Shown here piece after piece: positions 33,600-47,900 of a stretch of 64,000 nt of DNA. The position numbers were made by a program, and so were the translations under genes. Every line of letters begins with the position of its first letter. The stretch's first letter is position 1. Below the pieces are notes generated by a model. That model had not been told where the DNA came from, did not search any database, and saw only the letters and a list, made by a program, of their open reading frames with translations. Source of the stretch: Marsupella aquatica (lineage: Eukaryota; Plantae; Marchantiophyta); the NCBI GenBank assembly GCA_973895155.1, contig OZ316896.1, positions 12,318,549-12,382,548 on the forward strand, read 5' to 3'.

Positions 33600-35150
33600 C
33601 AAATGTGCCTAAGTAGGTGGACTCCAGGCAACCTGAAGTGGTGGCTGAGGTGGCTAGTTAGCAAGCAAAGTTTCTTTCCTACCCTTGGTGCTGTAATGAG
33701 TGTCCCTGATGTACTGAGCATTCACCTGACTCCTTTGAGTAAAGTGTTGAATGTGGAAAATTTGGCTTTCTAGGTGTATAGGGCAGAGCACAGCCGCAGC
33801 ACACTTAGGGGGAGGAAATATTTAATCTGCTGGATCAGTCTGATAATTGGATCTTCATGGGTGACTTCAAATGATTGAGGGCAGGAATGACCAGAGAGGT
33901 GGAACCACCAGCATCCTGGTTGGAAGTGAACTGAGAGCCTAGCAACATCTGAAGTGGAGATTTCACTACTTGGAAGATATGTTCCAGCAGCAACCCTGGC
34001 ACCTCGAATTCAGTTGGGACAGTAAGAGGAGTCAATGACACAATTCTCAGACTCAGGCTGGACCCAAGGGGGACCAAGTCATCAATTGGATTGACAGGAT
34101 TTACTCGTTGTCATGGGAACATAATTCCAAATTCACCATCATGTCTACAATCCTGCCGGGGATGTCTGTCCGATTATGCTCCAGTCTATGCCACAATCCG
34201 ACAATCAAGGTCATCAAACGATTCTTGCAACACAGAATGAACACTGCACACAATTACAGACATCATACCAAGATATATTGAGTTGCACAAATGTGGGTGG
34301 AGGAGGTGGGTAATCTGTGAGTGGGAGGAACTTTCACTTGAGGTCACACTATCTCATTCTATTAAGGTTGCTAGGAAGATGGACTGATACTGGGGCAAGC
34401 AGAGGGCAACAAAGAGGGAGGATGGCCCTGGCAGAAAGTTTGGAATTGGGCCCAGTACACTTTATGTATGGTGTCCCCATTGGTCCTGCTCATTGTTGGG
34501 GATAATCCCTATCCCGAGACACCATGCACATGAGAACACCATACAAAGTAGTCGACACAACGAGTACGTGGTTCACCTCATGACCGAGGCTACGTCCACG
34601 GGAAAGCAAGAGACCTTTACTTCTCTCTTGCTCAACTCCAACAATGAATTGAAGATCCTCCAGGGATTGGCACCAGCCCTGGCTATATACACAACAACAC
34701 TACCGCTAACCTTAGCTAAGTCCTAACCTGAGTTAGCCTAATTATGGTTAGCTCAAGAGTCACAAGACTAAGAGCAATACCTAACACTCATGTTAACCTT
34801 CAGCCAAGACACATCTTTGTGGCCAAACCCTACCAGAGGAGTGAGATGGCATGTCATTGTATGTTGGATTTTGTTGAAAGACCGTAGCTCTCACTTCATT
34901 GAGCATACTAGGTCCAATTCCCATGCTGTCATTCAGAAATCATGGCACCGGTTGGGAGTTTATCTTATCAAGGATTGGGCCAAACACCGCATTAAGATCC
35001 AGGTAGAGAAGTCAACCACGACAAAGGCCTATCTTGATATGTGTTTTGATTATGGAGCCTATGCAAGTCTTTGGGAAGTCCACATGGACAGATTGCAAGT
35101 TCCCCCGATCCCACCACGCCCTCCATGATCGTAAGGTAACTCTATCACAA
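33600..35150 (+). mobile_element. Degraded L1-type LINE remnant (APE endonuclease fragments plus C-terminal fragment), interrupted by a solo LTR
   Basis: Broken-frame peptides FLGVY, DNWIFMGDF..MIEGRNDQRGG, WIDRIY, LSDYAPV and, after the LTR, CWILLKDRSSHF; boundaries approximate. Confidence 0.7.
34494..34786 (-). mobile_element. Solo LTR related to Copia C
   Basis: TGTTG..CTAACA; internal GTGGTTCACC..GAGGCTACGTCCACGGG; 5-bp TSD CTCAT on both sides. Confidence 0.93.
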
Positions 35151-37682
35151 AACCATTGGATATTACGGGTACTTGAGCACTAGCTAGTCTAATGGTCTGT
35201 GCTTCTCTTGCGGCAGTAGTTAAATTGTTTGTTTGGCTGTTTCTGTTGGGAGGCCTGACATCTGTCCTGGTATCGCCCCCCCTGCAGGCACCCTGTTGTA
35301 TGCTGCTTTGTGAACTGAAGACTTTTGCTCAGGGGTCTCACTACATGGGGACCTCCCCATCACCTGCGACGTTTTTAGGCCTTGGACCCCCTAAAATGTA
35401 AGAAAAAAATATTATTTTTTAACCCCTATAAAGTTGGAATATTCTTGGAATATTACAAAATTTGGATTAAAAAGGCCCTAATGTTCTTATAAGTCTCAAA
35501 ATTGAATTTAAAAGACCCTATTATTCTTCTACAAAAATTCTTAAGTCTTCCCTTACAACCAATAAAATGACCCTATCCTTCGTCGCACGTGATATGCCAT
35601 TTTTGTGGAAGTGAAACCCCCGAGGACTTTTGGAGGCAAAGTGTTGGTTGTGTGCTGTTGTTTGCATAAAAAGAGGGGGAACAACTACATGATGTTGAGA
35701 GAACTTTGAAGCAATCAACTGGCTAAGAGTCATTCTCCATGTCTCATCCTTACTAGCAAAGGCAATTGTGTTATCCTAATTCACACATGCAGTTTCCCTG
35801 CCTTTTGTTGATCTTCCTTATGCCTTTGTTGTTAGGGTGCAAACAAACTGAGCTTAACTCTGTAGGTAACTGCCCTAAACAAAAAGCTATACTCGTGACC
35901 AAATAGTCTTGTGATTCCCTACCAATGTATCTATTGGATTCGCAATTCCATCTCTCATGTACATATGGTCAAGAATGATTTGATTGTTTTGTACAATTGT
36001 TGATGTCAGAGATACTCAAGAAAGATATCGAACCTTTGGTACCTTGGTTGATATGGAGACCCAAGCTGCATGTTAGCATCAACAGTCCTGTCATGAGCAG
36101 AGCGAGGCTCTAGATGGGCAAAAAACATATGTCCATCTGGCCCATACAGTATGCCCTTGCACATTACTTGGAACGTAGGGATGCACATGTTGAATGATGT
36201 TTCTCAATTCTTGTTCATCAATCCTACTTCTTATTCATTGGTGAACAGGAAAAGTGAGGCTATTTGTCCATACCAGAATTTGAGGCCCTTGCATACTCTT
36301 GGAACTCACAAATGCACATGATATTTCTCAGTGCATGTTCATGAGTCTTGACTCTCAATCATGGTGAAAGGGGACAATAAGGTTTACTTAGAATGTTTGG
36401 TTTAGAAGGTCATATCAAAATTACTCCTAATTGGTTGACGCTGGCCCTACTTCCCCATTCCATCTCAATCTATGATAAATTAGTTGCTTTATTAATGTTG
36501 TTTTAATGGATGTTAGTTGGGCAATATTATTATTTTCCCTAATTGGTCCATGGAGAAGTGCTATTCCTATTTTCATCTAAATAACAAAGGAGGACACCCT
36601 TTCTAATTATGCAGCCTTGCCAGGACTAACATGGCTCACCTTGTGAGTGCCAAAAATTGCTTGGTGCATCAGAGTCCTAAGGTCAAACATTGTGGTCTAT
36701 CTAGGAGCAATAGTCCAACTAGTGTGGAAAATGTAAATCTTGAATGAAGATAGAAAAATCAAATACCTTGTTACCAAGGTTTTTACTTTCATAACTTTCT
36801 CCATAGCGTGAAGCTATAGACCATAATCTATCTGTGAATACAGACAGGGAAGGGAGTCTGGGACGGTAACCGTAATCTATGTGATAACAAAACTTTGCTG
36901 ATGTTTAAACCATGTATGTGCATATGGACACGAATGGGAAGAGAATTCTGTTTATACTTAGATTATGCATGTGAATAGGGACACGCACGGGAGTCATACA
37001 CATCCATAGTCATAAGTGTATAATTACAAATACAAGCTATGTAGGCCTATGGTCTAAAGTGAAGCCTCTAGCTAGTGATTCAAAGGGGAAAACTAAACTC
37101 CTGACATAGAACAAGGATGGGGCAAAGATGAAAGGGAAATATTGCAACAACAAAATTGCAACCTTTTTTTGGTTGCATCTCTCGTTTAATTCAAGGTACC
37201 AGGAGTGAGACCAGTGAGTACCTAGTATCAAAGTAGTGAAACATGGACTGTAGCTCCAAACGATAAGAATACCGTCTCCTTCCACAAGTCCACTTGCCTG
37301 AAACTCTATCTGCCAAGTGGCCCCGACTGCAACTGTACCCTACCATAATACCAGTCCTCGCCCACAACGCACCCATCACGGTTCGAACTCCGACCGCACC
37401 GCACTTTTAGTACAGTACACCACCCCCATCGCACCCCACCACCCCACCAGCCCCCGACCAGGGGTTTGTCCACGATCCACCACCTGCCCCCAGCGTCGTA
37501 CCTATCCCCTCGTGTCGCCATGGAACCCCTTCCCTTTTCTCAGGTACTTCGGTTACGGTACCGGGGCCGTCGTTGGCCATTCATTGACAGCCACATCTAC
37601 AGTTGCGCTGCGCTGCCCTCGTGGCCTGCCGCGCTGGCTCTCTCGGCTTGGCTCCTTCAGCTCGGCTGCCGTGCTCGTTCGC

Positions 37683-37730
37683 GGGCTCGATCCCGCACTG
37701 GATCCCGGGCTCGATCCCGGGCTCGATCCC
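37683..37730. repeat. 12-bp minisatellite (GGGCTCGATCCC) x4, one copy degenerate, upstream of eRF1
   Basis: Read directly. Confidence 0.8.
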
Positions 37731-38677
37731 GTGCGTAATTTCCGAATGTTCTGTTCATCTGCTTTGAACCTTTTGTCGAGAGGACGACGAAGACGTGAGC
37801 AAAGGAAGAGAACGACCGTCTTTCTTCCTTTCGAGGATGTGATCAATCTGTTCGACGTGACGTATACAGAAGGGGTTTCATTCGAGACCAGGGCGACAAG
37901 AGAACACGCCGCACCCACACCGCGGCGTGAGTGCATTTTGAGGCATGTGAAAACTCTCTCGTTCCGTGGAGTATTGGGGTTTGGGTCGAGAGCAGAAGAG
38001 ACCTGGCCGCATCCTTACCACCGCGGCGTGAAACTGCGCAGAGCATTGTTTACGGAAAAAGTGCATGCGAAAATACGTTGGCTGGACGGGCGGTCGGGCA
38101 GCAGCTGCCCACCAGGGGAGGAGGAGAGGAGGGTGGTGGTGACACGGGATCGCTGACGCCAAAGCTGGTGTAGTCTGTGTTGTGGCGGTGTTGTTTTTCT
38201 GTTTCTTCTTCTGCACTCGACGGGATTGGGAGGAGGAGGGAAGGGAGAAACAAAGCAGTGGTGGGAGGCAGGGAGTAAGCGAGACACGGCGGGTCTTAGT
38301 GGACGCGTTCACTGGTCCCAGGAATTGATTGATAGACTCCATTGGGCAGGGGGAGATTGCGTAGGGCGAACGAAGCGCTGAAGAGACCATCGGCTAGTGT
38401 TCTCGGGTGGGGATTCTTAGGTTGAACGTCTTTGTGGTTGTGAGATTGTTGTCAAAAGAAGCAGTAGGAGCTGTTTGTCCACTCATAGAGCAGTGTGAGG
38501 CGATTTTGCAAAGCAGGTTGATTGGTCGCAGCGGCTCGGTTCTGTGCTGTGTTGAGAATACTGATTGATCGGCTCCTACAAGTCGTTGAGGCAGGTTGGC
38601 AAGGAAGAAGGGTTGGAGTAAGGGTTGGAGTAAGGTGGCTAGGGTTAGGAGGCGGTACTGTGATAAGATTTGGATAG

Positions 38678-39994
38678 ATGGCGGACAACGGGGGGGAGAC
38701 GGACAAGAATATCGAGATATGGAAGATAAAGAAGCTAATCAAGGGTTTGGAATCCGCCAGGGGCAATGGAACGAGTATGATATCGCTCATCATGCCTCCC
38801 CGGGATCAAATCTCTCGTGTTACGAAAATGCTGGGTGATGAGTTCGGGACAGCTTCCAACATTAAGTCTCGTGTGAACCGACAGTCAGTGCTGGGCGCCA
38901 TAACGTCGGCCCAACAAAGGCTAAAGCTGTACAACAAGGTGCCTCCCAACGGGCTAGTGCTGTACACGGGAACTATCGTTACGGACGATGGCAAAGAGAA
39001 GAAGGTGACCATAGATTTTGAGCCCTTCAAGCCCATCAATGCGTCATTGTATCTCTGTGACAACAAATTCCACACCGAGGCGTTGAATGAACTTTTAGAG
39101 TCGGACGATAAGTTCGGATTCATTGTCATGGATGGAAACGGAACACTCTTTGGTACGTTGAGCGGTAACACCAGAGAAGTTCTGCACAAGTTCACTGTAG
39201 ATCTTCCAAAGAAGCACGGTCGTGGAGGGCAGTCTGCTCTTCGTTTTGCCAGGCTTCGAATGGAGAAGAGGCATAATTACGTGAGGAAAACGGCGGAGTT
39301 GGCCACCCAGTTCTTCGTCAATCCGGCCACCAGTCAGCCGAATGTCGCAGGGCTCATCTTGGCTGGTTCTGCGGACTTCAAGACAGAGCTTAGCCAGTCG
39401 GACATGTTCGATCCACGGCTTCAAGCCAAGGTTCTAAACGTTGTCGATGTGTCATATGGCGGAGAGAATGGGTTCAGCCAAGCCATCGAATTGTCGGCAG
39501 AGATTCTATCTAATGTGAAGTTCATCCAAGAGAAAAGATTGATAGGGAAGTATTTTGAAGAAATTAGTCAGGATACAGGCAAGTATGTGTTTGGAATTGA
39601 CGATACCTTGAAGGCTCTGGAAATGGGGGCTGTAGAGACTCTCATTGTATGGGAGAACCTGGAAGTGAATCGCTACATTCTGAAAAATGGGGTAACTGGG
39701 GAGCTTGTGGTTCAGCATTTCAACAAGGAACAGGAGGCGGATCAATCGAACTTTAGAGATTCGGAGACACAGGCGGAGCTAGAGGTGCAAGAGAAGATCT
39801 CTTTACTGGAATGGTTTGCCAACGAGTACAAGCGTTTCGGTTGTACTCTTGAATTCGTGACGAACAAGTCTCAAGAGGGTTCACAGTTTTGCAGAGGATT
39901 TGGAGGCATCGGAGGCATCCTTCGTTACCAACTCGATATGCGTACCTTTGACGAGCTGTCTGATGACGAACAGGTCTACGACGAAGACGATTAG
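38678..39994 (+). CDS. eRF1: Eukaryotic peptide chain release factor 1 (438 aa, intronless CDS)
   Basis: [15 protein letters not shown] and GRGGQS motifs; full-length plant-type sequence. Confidence 0.99.
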   Translation: MADNGGETDKNIEIWKIKKLIKGLESARGNGTSMISLIMPPRDQISRVTKMLGDEFGTASNIKSRVNRQSVLGAITSAQQRLKLYNKVPPNGLVLYTGTIVTDDGKEKKVTIDFEPFKPINASLYLCDNKFHTEALNELLESDDKFGFIVMDGNGTLFGTLSGNTREVLHKFTVDLPKKHGRGGQSALRFARLRMEKRHNYVRKTAELATQFFVNPATSQPNVAGLILAGSADFKTELSQSDMFDPRLQAKVLNVVDVSYGGENGFSQAIELSAEILSNVKFIQEKRLIGKYFEEISQDTGKYVFGIDDTLKALEMGAVETLIVWENLEVNRYILKNGVTGELVVQHFNKEQEADQSNFRDSETQAELEVQEKISLLEWFANEYKRFGCTLEFVTNKSQEGSQFCRGFGGIGGILRYQLDMRTFDELSDDEQVYDEDD

Positions 39995-41200
39995 ATTAGC
40001 CACTAGGTAGTTTGCATGGTGAGGGTTCACTCAAATACGCCTTGAGCCCCCGTCCGGTTACCCTTTGTAGAGCTTGTTAGGGTTTCTCAGTGATTACTGA
40101 TTCTTTTATCCAGACACCCATGATTTGTAAGATGTAATCTTTAACATCTCTACTTCGATTCTCACAGCATAATCCACTGAATAGGCGAGGAAGTCTTCGA
40201 TTTTCTCAACTATTGCTGTTCAGTTTTGCATCTAATAGTGGTAGCGTAGGCAGGCTTCACATCTTCCTCGTGACAGATTGTGAAGCGAGGTGGTGGTTTG
40301 TATCCACACCTGATGAGTTAGTTAGATCCTCTTCATTCCCGTGTCTCCATCTCGAGTCTCACACTTCTCGACTCGTCGATTCTGCACTGTCGCCCTTAAC
40401 GGGACCTTTCCAAGTCGATGAGGACTCTGTGGTAAGGCCTACATCGTGCAGAACTACCCTGGACTCTGCTGTACCGTAGTCATTTCAGTGTTAACTAGGA
40501 CACCTAGGAACATGGTAATTCCTCCGGTGACTGGTGAGATTTGCTTGACAGACCTGCCTCTAATGCTGTGCATTGACAATACTCTTGAGCACAAGGATTT
40601 CTGCTAGCTCCTACGTACATTCAGTCTCCTGGATTAGTCAATCACCCAAAAGTATTGGGTGGTACTTATTTTATTGACAATTATGTAAGCTCTTAGTGTT
40701 GTCATGTTGATATCACCATGCGTTGAGCTATATCTTTCCTGAGAATGGCAGAAGAGAGGGGGTCCGTCATTTCTGCAGTTTTGACTCTTGCATTAACTAA
40801 ACTGGAGAGTATGTGCTAATGATCGTGTACACATACCAGCAAGTTAGATGATTTGATTGTCAAACTCTTTGGAACAATAGTGTGAATTAGGGGTAGTAGT
40901 GGCCGAGAAGATGCGCGCAGAAGTCTCTGACTACCGAAATAAAAGCAAGGCATTTGGAAACGCCGTAAATTATTCTAAATGTGTAGCGTAAGCTTCCTGA
41001 TAGGCACCCAGTATTCAGTCCGAGGTGAGGCTTTCAGCACTTGCTAATACCTAGACCCATTTCATCCAGGCCAAGGACTCGAATCCAATCGAAAAACGAT
41101 TGACACAGAAGGCTTAACTGAGTTGTGCAACCTGACAATCTATTGAGAATTTAGCGAACTCTTGCACTTTGGTCGAGTGGCTCCCGATTAACAATACAAT

Positions 41201-41540
41201 CATTGTTCACCTTAATTAACCAGAGGTACATTGTTCACCTTAGTTAACCAGAGGAAGGAACTAATTGTTTTGTATTTTTCAAAATAGTTTTTTTCTTCCT
41301 ATTTTGCCTCTTTAGATCACATTAACACTAATTGCTCAAAAATAATGTTAGTACAAAATTAATGTGACTAAGAGTAATTCATGAGTAAACCTTGAAAATG
41401 TACTTGATTGAATTAGTGTTAATTACATTAATTATGGTAACATTGTTTGGGCCCTTTTGAGTTAATGTTAGTCACACTAATTATATAACAATGTTTGGGC
41501 ACTCTTGAATTAGTGTTAATCACACTAATTATGGTCAAGA
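41201..41540. repeat. AT-rich short tandem duplications (28-bp x2; ~50-bp x3)
   Basis: CATTGTTCACCTTA.TTAACCAGAGG x2; TTGA.TTA.TGTTA.T.ACA.TAATTAT x3. Confidence 0.7.
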
Positions 41541-41956
41541 GTGTTGGGCAAGTAGTGGAGACTTCATTGGGAATATAGGAGGATGACATGATTGGCTGTA
41601 AGCTTGCTGTTGAGAAATTCTCAAGGCCTTAATTGTGGAAAAGTTTATGCCAACTTCTCCATGACCAAAGGGTGTGTCAAAGGCCCAGGCATGCCTTTTT
41701 AAACCACAACTCAAGGTATAAAATGACCCCTACACCCTGCCCAGGGGCCTCTGAGCCTGCCCAAGGTGGCCAGTCCAACTAGCCCCTTGGTGAGCAGCCC
41801 GTGGTTTGCAGGGCCTAACTCTCTTTTGCTGCACATGGCCTGGCTCATGCCTGAGTTGCTCAGTCTACAAGGAAGACAGTGGCTGCCCATATAAGGCAAC
41901 AAATGTTGTTGGAACTTTGAACAACATGGACTGGCTAAGAATTGAACCTAGGACCG

Positions 41957-44900
41957 CTACCGCTAACATTAGCTAAGTCCTAACCCAAGTTAACCTAACT
42001 ATAGTTAGCTCATGAGTCACAAGACTAGAGCAATATCTAACAAACTCCCCCTTGACTCTTGTCTTGGGGACTGAACTAAATGTCATCATATGGAATCCTC
42101 AGCGGGAAGTTCTAGACAATCACCAAACCAGGTCTCCCCCTAAAAACCACAAGGGTTAACTAAGGGTTAACTAGAACTAAGCCGTAGCCTAACAAGAATG
42201 AGTAATCCATATACAAATAGTCACACATTGCTAAATAACTCTACTTACACTACAACTGCAAAACCTGCAAAGTAGCACGGTGTCTTGAGAAACTCTCCAA
42301 AGGAATCACTTTGGTAAAGGCATCAACGGGATTGAGCATTCCATCAATCTTGACTAGCTCAAAAGTTTTATCAGACACTGCTTGCCTGATAAAGTGGTAC
42401 CTGATATCAATGTGCTTCACCCTGCTATCCATCACCTGGTTAGCAGCCAAGTGAAGAGCACTCTAACTATCACAGTTTAGAGACATTTTGTCATGCTCTA
42501 AACCCATTTCCGTGATCAACTTGTCCAACCAAATTGCTTCCTTTGTTGCTTCTGTTGCTGCAACATACTCTGCTTCTGTAGTAAACTGAGATATACACTT
42601 CTGCAAGATAGATTTCCAACTAATGCATCCTCCTCCAAGAGAAAATACAAACCCAGTTGTAGACCTCCTTGTGTCCAGACAGCCTCCATAGTCAAAATTT
42701 ACATAGCCAACTAACGTTCTATCCGATCTATTATCAAATAGTAATCTATAGTCCTGTGTTCCCTTCAGATACCTGAGAATCCACTTCACAGCTTCCCAAT
42801 GTACCTTCCCTGGATTTGACATGAATCTGCTAACCTTGCCCATCGCTAGGGCCAAGTCAGGCCTAGTACAAGTCATCAAATACATCAGACTGCCTACTGC
42901 CTTCTCATAAGGAATCTTAGCCATCAGACCTTTCTCCACAGCATCCGTAGGAGAGAAAGCCGATGATAACTTGAAATGTGAAGCTAAAGGAATACTCACT
43001 GGCTTATAGTTTTCCATGTTGAATCGTGCAAGTACTTTCTCGCATATTGGCCTTGACTCAAGCACAACTGTCCAGTATCATATCATCCACATAAATAACC
43101 AGAATGATGAACCCAAATACATCATTCTTGATTGATTTCGTATACACACAAGGACCATACACCATCCTTGTATAACCTTGAGCAAGCATGAAATCATCAA
43201 ATCGCTTGTTCTACTGTCTGGGAGACTGCTTCAATCCATACAAGGACTTGAGCAATCTCCAAACTAAGTTCTCTTGGCCCTTCTTCATAAAGCCTAGTGG
43301 TTGTCTCATGAAGATCATCTCTTCCAAGTTGCCATAGAGAAAAGCAGTAACAACATCCATCTGATCCATCACCAGACCAAAAAATATAGCACAAGCTGAC
43401 ACAAGATCTGAATTGTGGAACACTTAGCCACTGGTGAAAAGACCTCATTGTAATCCACTCTTTTTTCCTGAGTGAATCCCTTGGCAACAAGCCTTGCCTT
43501 GTAGATCTTATCTCCACCCTCTGAAGGACTGTCCTTCAACTTGTAAATCCACTTGCTGTCCACCACTTACTGACCTCTTAGAAGCTCCACCAGCTTCCAT
43601 GTCTTATTTTCACTCAAAGATTGCAACTCCCTTTGCATTACTGCATTCCACTCATGTTTCTGCTCTAAAGCACAAGCCTCACTGTACGAAGAAGGCTCTC
43701 CTTCTTCCAAGATCAAAGCCATGTCATCTTTATCAGGTGCAATGTCAATATCATCTAGCTTAGATGAGTCTGCCCATTGACCATACCTGGTAGGAGCTCT
43801 AGTAGAACGACTGGAAGTTCTTCTAGTAGATGACTCAGGCTGATCTATTGCTGTTGCTGGCTGAATTTGAGGTACCCCAAGAACAATCTGCTCCTCTTGT
43901 TCCATCACAAGAACCAGCTCCAAGCCCAGAGCTTCTCCATCTTTCCTGTCATGAACAACATCATGACTAATCTCCCCCTCAACCCAGTCCGGGATGGGAG
44001 ACTTCCCCTTGTCAGTATAAGAGTCCTGAGAACTCTCCCCCTCCTTTGATGATCTGGACTCATTAAAGGACACATCTCTACTGATAATTAGCTTATAGGT
44101 TACTGGATCCCATAACCTATAACCCTTCACACCTTTCTGATAGCCAAGGAAAATGCACTTCTTTGACTTGGACTCCAGCTTGGATCGAAGCAAATAAGTT
44201 GCAGTGTTGACAGCTTCAGCCCAAAACTCATGTGGTAAGCATGATTGACTCAACATACTCCTCGAGTGGTCCAATAGTGTTCGGTTGAGTCTCTCAAAAA
44301 CACCATTCTGCTGAGGAGTATAACTTGTTGTGAGATGGCGGGTAATCCCCTGCTCCTTACAATCCGTTCCAAATTCCCTGAAACTATATTCACCGTCGTT
44401 ATCCGATCAAAGATATTTCACCTTGTTACCAGTCTGATTTTCAACTTGGGCTTTCCACTCCTTAAAAGTGGCAAAAACATCAAACTTACGGTGTAGAAAG
44501 TATATCCACACATACTTTGAGTAATCATTTATGAACGTGACATAGTATAACCGTCCAGAATGTGAGGGAGTAGGGGCTGGACCCCACACATCACTATGTA
44601 CATACTCAAGTACCTCCTTGCTGGTGTGAGTTCCAACTCCGAAGGGTTTTCTGTGCTGCTTCCCAAGCACACAGTGCTCACAGAAATCTAACTTACTAGA
44701 CTGCAAATTAGAAATCAAAGCTCTTTTCAGAAGTACAGCCAAACCTTTTTCACTCATGTGACCTAGCCAGAAATGCCACAGCCAGGCCGTCTCCTCATGA
44801 GATAAGGTTACATTGGCTTTATCACATACTACTCTGCCCTCCAAAACATACAAATTTTTGTGCCTCTTTCCCTTCAACACAACCTTAGTACCGGTTGAAA

Positions 44901-47900
44901 CCTGAAGGACACCATTAGCAGAACTCCACTGATGACCATTTGCTTCTAACATTCCAAGTGAAATGAGATTTTTCATCATGCCAGAAATATGTCTCACAGT
45001 CCGCACTGTTCTTACAACACCATCAAACATCTATAATCTCACAGATCCAAGTCCAACTACTTGGCATGGGATTCCATTTCCCATCAACATTGACCCGTTG
45101 GAAACCGTGTAAGAACTGAAAAAATCTCTCCCAGAGCAAATGTGAAAAGTACATGCACTATCTAGAATCCAGTCATCACTATCTGGATTTGAAATTACGT
45201 TGAGAGCATAACCTTGACATCACAATATGTCATCATCATCGAGTAAATCTATCTCAGGTGTGCTCAAAGCCGCGTTAGCTAATGCAATAGGGTCCTTTAC
45301 TCGACAATCCCTTTTCATGTGGCCAGGCTTGCCACATTTCCAACATGCAAGAGGCTTCCTCTCTTGCGATTTCCCTCTGGATTTAGATCTCCCCCGTGAT
45401 GTAGATCTAAACCTATTATGCCCATTCGTGCGCTGCGCTGGTCTTCCCCTATTCACGTTCAGTGCAATTCCAGAAGAAGATGTTGTCTGTGATTGACCCA
45501 GCTTCTTTTGAGCATCATCAGATAGTAAAGAACTCACCACCTCATTATACAAAATGGACTTCAAATCTCTGTACAAGAGCACCTGTTTCAAGCCCTGATA
45601 TGACGGCGGTAAGGAGCTTAGCAAAAGCAAGGCCTTATCTTCATCTTCAACTCCTTTTCCCAGGTTTGACAGATCCACCGCTAGACTGTCAAACTCATCC
45701 AAATGATCCTACATCTTGCTCCCTTCCTTAAGCTTGAGGCTCATCAAGAGAGACTTCTTGTATAACCGGTCTGACGCACCTTCTCGGTAGTACTTCTCTC
45801 TTAGAGCCTTGAACAGTGATGCGCAATCCGCATAATCATCCAACTGCTTGATGATGTGCGGCTTGAGATAAAGCATCACTACATTGACAACAATCACCTG
45901 CTCCTATCTCCACTGCTTCTCTGAGATCTCCTCCTCTCCATCATACTACTCTCGTGAAGAGAGCAGATGAGCTAAGCCCATGGCCCGTAGAACACCCTTC
46001 ACTTCCTTCTCCCACAGTAAGTAATCAGTACGACCATCGTACTTCTCCACCTCAAACTTCACTCCTCCAAATCTAACCATCTCCCTTTTCTTCCCAACTA
46101 CCGACACTTCTGGTAGTAACACAGCTTCCTCCATTGCACGTCGCACCGGTGATCGTACCGGTGTCACTAGTTTCTCCTCAAATGGTAGCAACTCCTCCTC
46201 AGACTCTCCGTCTGACCGTCGCAATCCTGAAGCTCCACTGACGCCAATTCTTCCAGTATCCTCCGAGTCACTCATATGAAACAATCACGAAAAAATATCT
46301 TTTTTCAAAACTTTGCACAAAACTAAAAACTCAACGCCGCCGCGTAGCCCACGAAGCTAGGAGTCCAATACTGAAAGCCAAAATCAAAATCAAAATTCAA
46401 CGGAAAAGTTATTCAAATTTTGGTTGGGGTGGGTAAAACCTTGGGAAACTCCCCCGTTTTGACCACCTCAGAGAATAACCAAAATACCAAGTACAACCCG
46501 TCGTTGAAATTACGATGTGATCGGTGCGCCGCGTTGCTAACTCCAGTGGCAACGTCCACACCAAAAAAGAACCAAAAAAGTTACCGTTCGGCGGACGGAA
46601 TCTTTGTCGGACGGCCAAAAAACAGCTCTCTGTTTTTTGGAAATATTCTTGCACAGTCCGAGAGGTCTCACAGGGTCCGTTCCCCCTGTCAGAGCGGTTA
46701 AAACAGAGGGCGGCAGGTCCCGACACGAAGGGAAAACAAGAGGAAGAAAAAACGACTTAAAATAGGCCCTTAAAGGGGGTGCAAAATCCCTAAATCCTAA
46801 AAATACAGGTATAACCACAGGCGCGACGCGAGGCGGGACAGGCACTGTCGAGGGTCGAGGAGGGGGAAATACAAGGGAAAAATATGCCGGCAGGGCACGA
46901 GCCGGTAGGGAGGGCGCGGGGGTTCGCGAGGGCAGGACCGTTTAAAGGGAGGGGGGACTGGCGCCGGCAGGGCGCGAGCCGGAAGGAGGGCGTAGGGGTT
47001 AAGGCCGGCCCGCAGCCGGAAAGGCTCGCCAAGAGCCAAGAGGCGCGCGGGGGTAAAGGGCAGGGCCGGCAGTAGGCGTCCGGTCGCGCTTAGTGCGCCG
47101 GCCGGCACTGCGTGAGGCGCCGCTACGCCTACAATAACGGGAGTGCGGGGGGGGAAGGGCGAATACACGGGGGAGGGGGGAGAGTATTGGGAGGGCAGGG
47201 TGTGTGTATACACACACAAGGCCCAAAAGACCCCCCTAAAGGCAAAAAACTCCCCCCGGGGAAAAAGTGAATGTTTAACTGACCTAAAAGCTGCCGTTTC
47301 TCATGAGTAAAGGATTGCCGCTGACGGGAAAAGTTGCCGAATTGCACCGGCACAGTCTACAACTCCAGCACTATAAACAAGTTCCGCCGCGTCGTCTTAA
47401 CTCCGCCTCAAGTGCCAATCCCGGGCTCAAAATGACCGCCTCGCCGCGATCAATCCGTTGAGCCATAGCACTTTGCGTTTCTTCCACCGAGTCGGACGTC
47501 ACAAAGAGAAACCCGATTCAGATGGGAACAAGCTCAGTCCATAGCTTGTGAAAAAACCTGAACGCCTCCGTCACTCGTCACGTCGCACTCGGTAACAACT
47601 CGGCAGCAACTCAGCTACCGAAACGACCAGCTCGCTTCAACCTTCAACTTGAGCAATAATGTGCGATCCCTCCCGTACCGCACTCACACCGTTGAAAAAA
47701 GCAAACTCTGGTCTCTCCCCCAAAATACCGTCGAACACGAATAAACCCTGAACGATGCAAACTTCAATTCCTCCGCACCACGGATACCGATTAGCAAGTT
47801 CTAACCACCATTAGAAAGTCCTCTCACTAACCTATCTACTCAGCCACACACATGAAACTTTGAATGTGCCACCGACAATGAACGCTGGAAAAACCTATCA

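Noticed and set aside
37317-38156. 279-aa ORF upstream of eRF1
   Set aside because: GTG start, no recognisable domain, GC-rich sequence with overlapping ORFs in many frames; more likely promoter/5' UTR/intron
46409-47353. Several ORFs in the Copia C leader
   Set aside because: Low-complexity Pro/Gly/Arg frames expected from GC-rich DNA; no motifs
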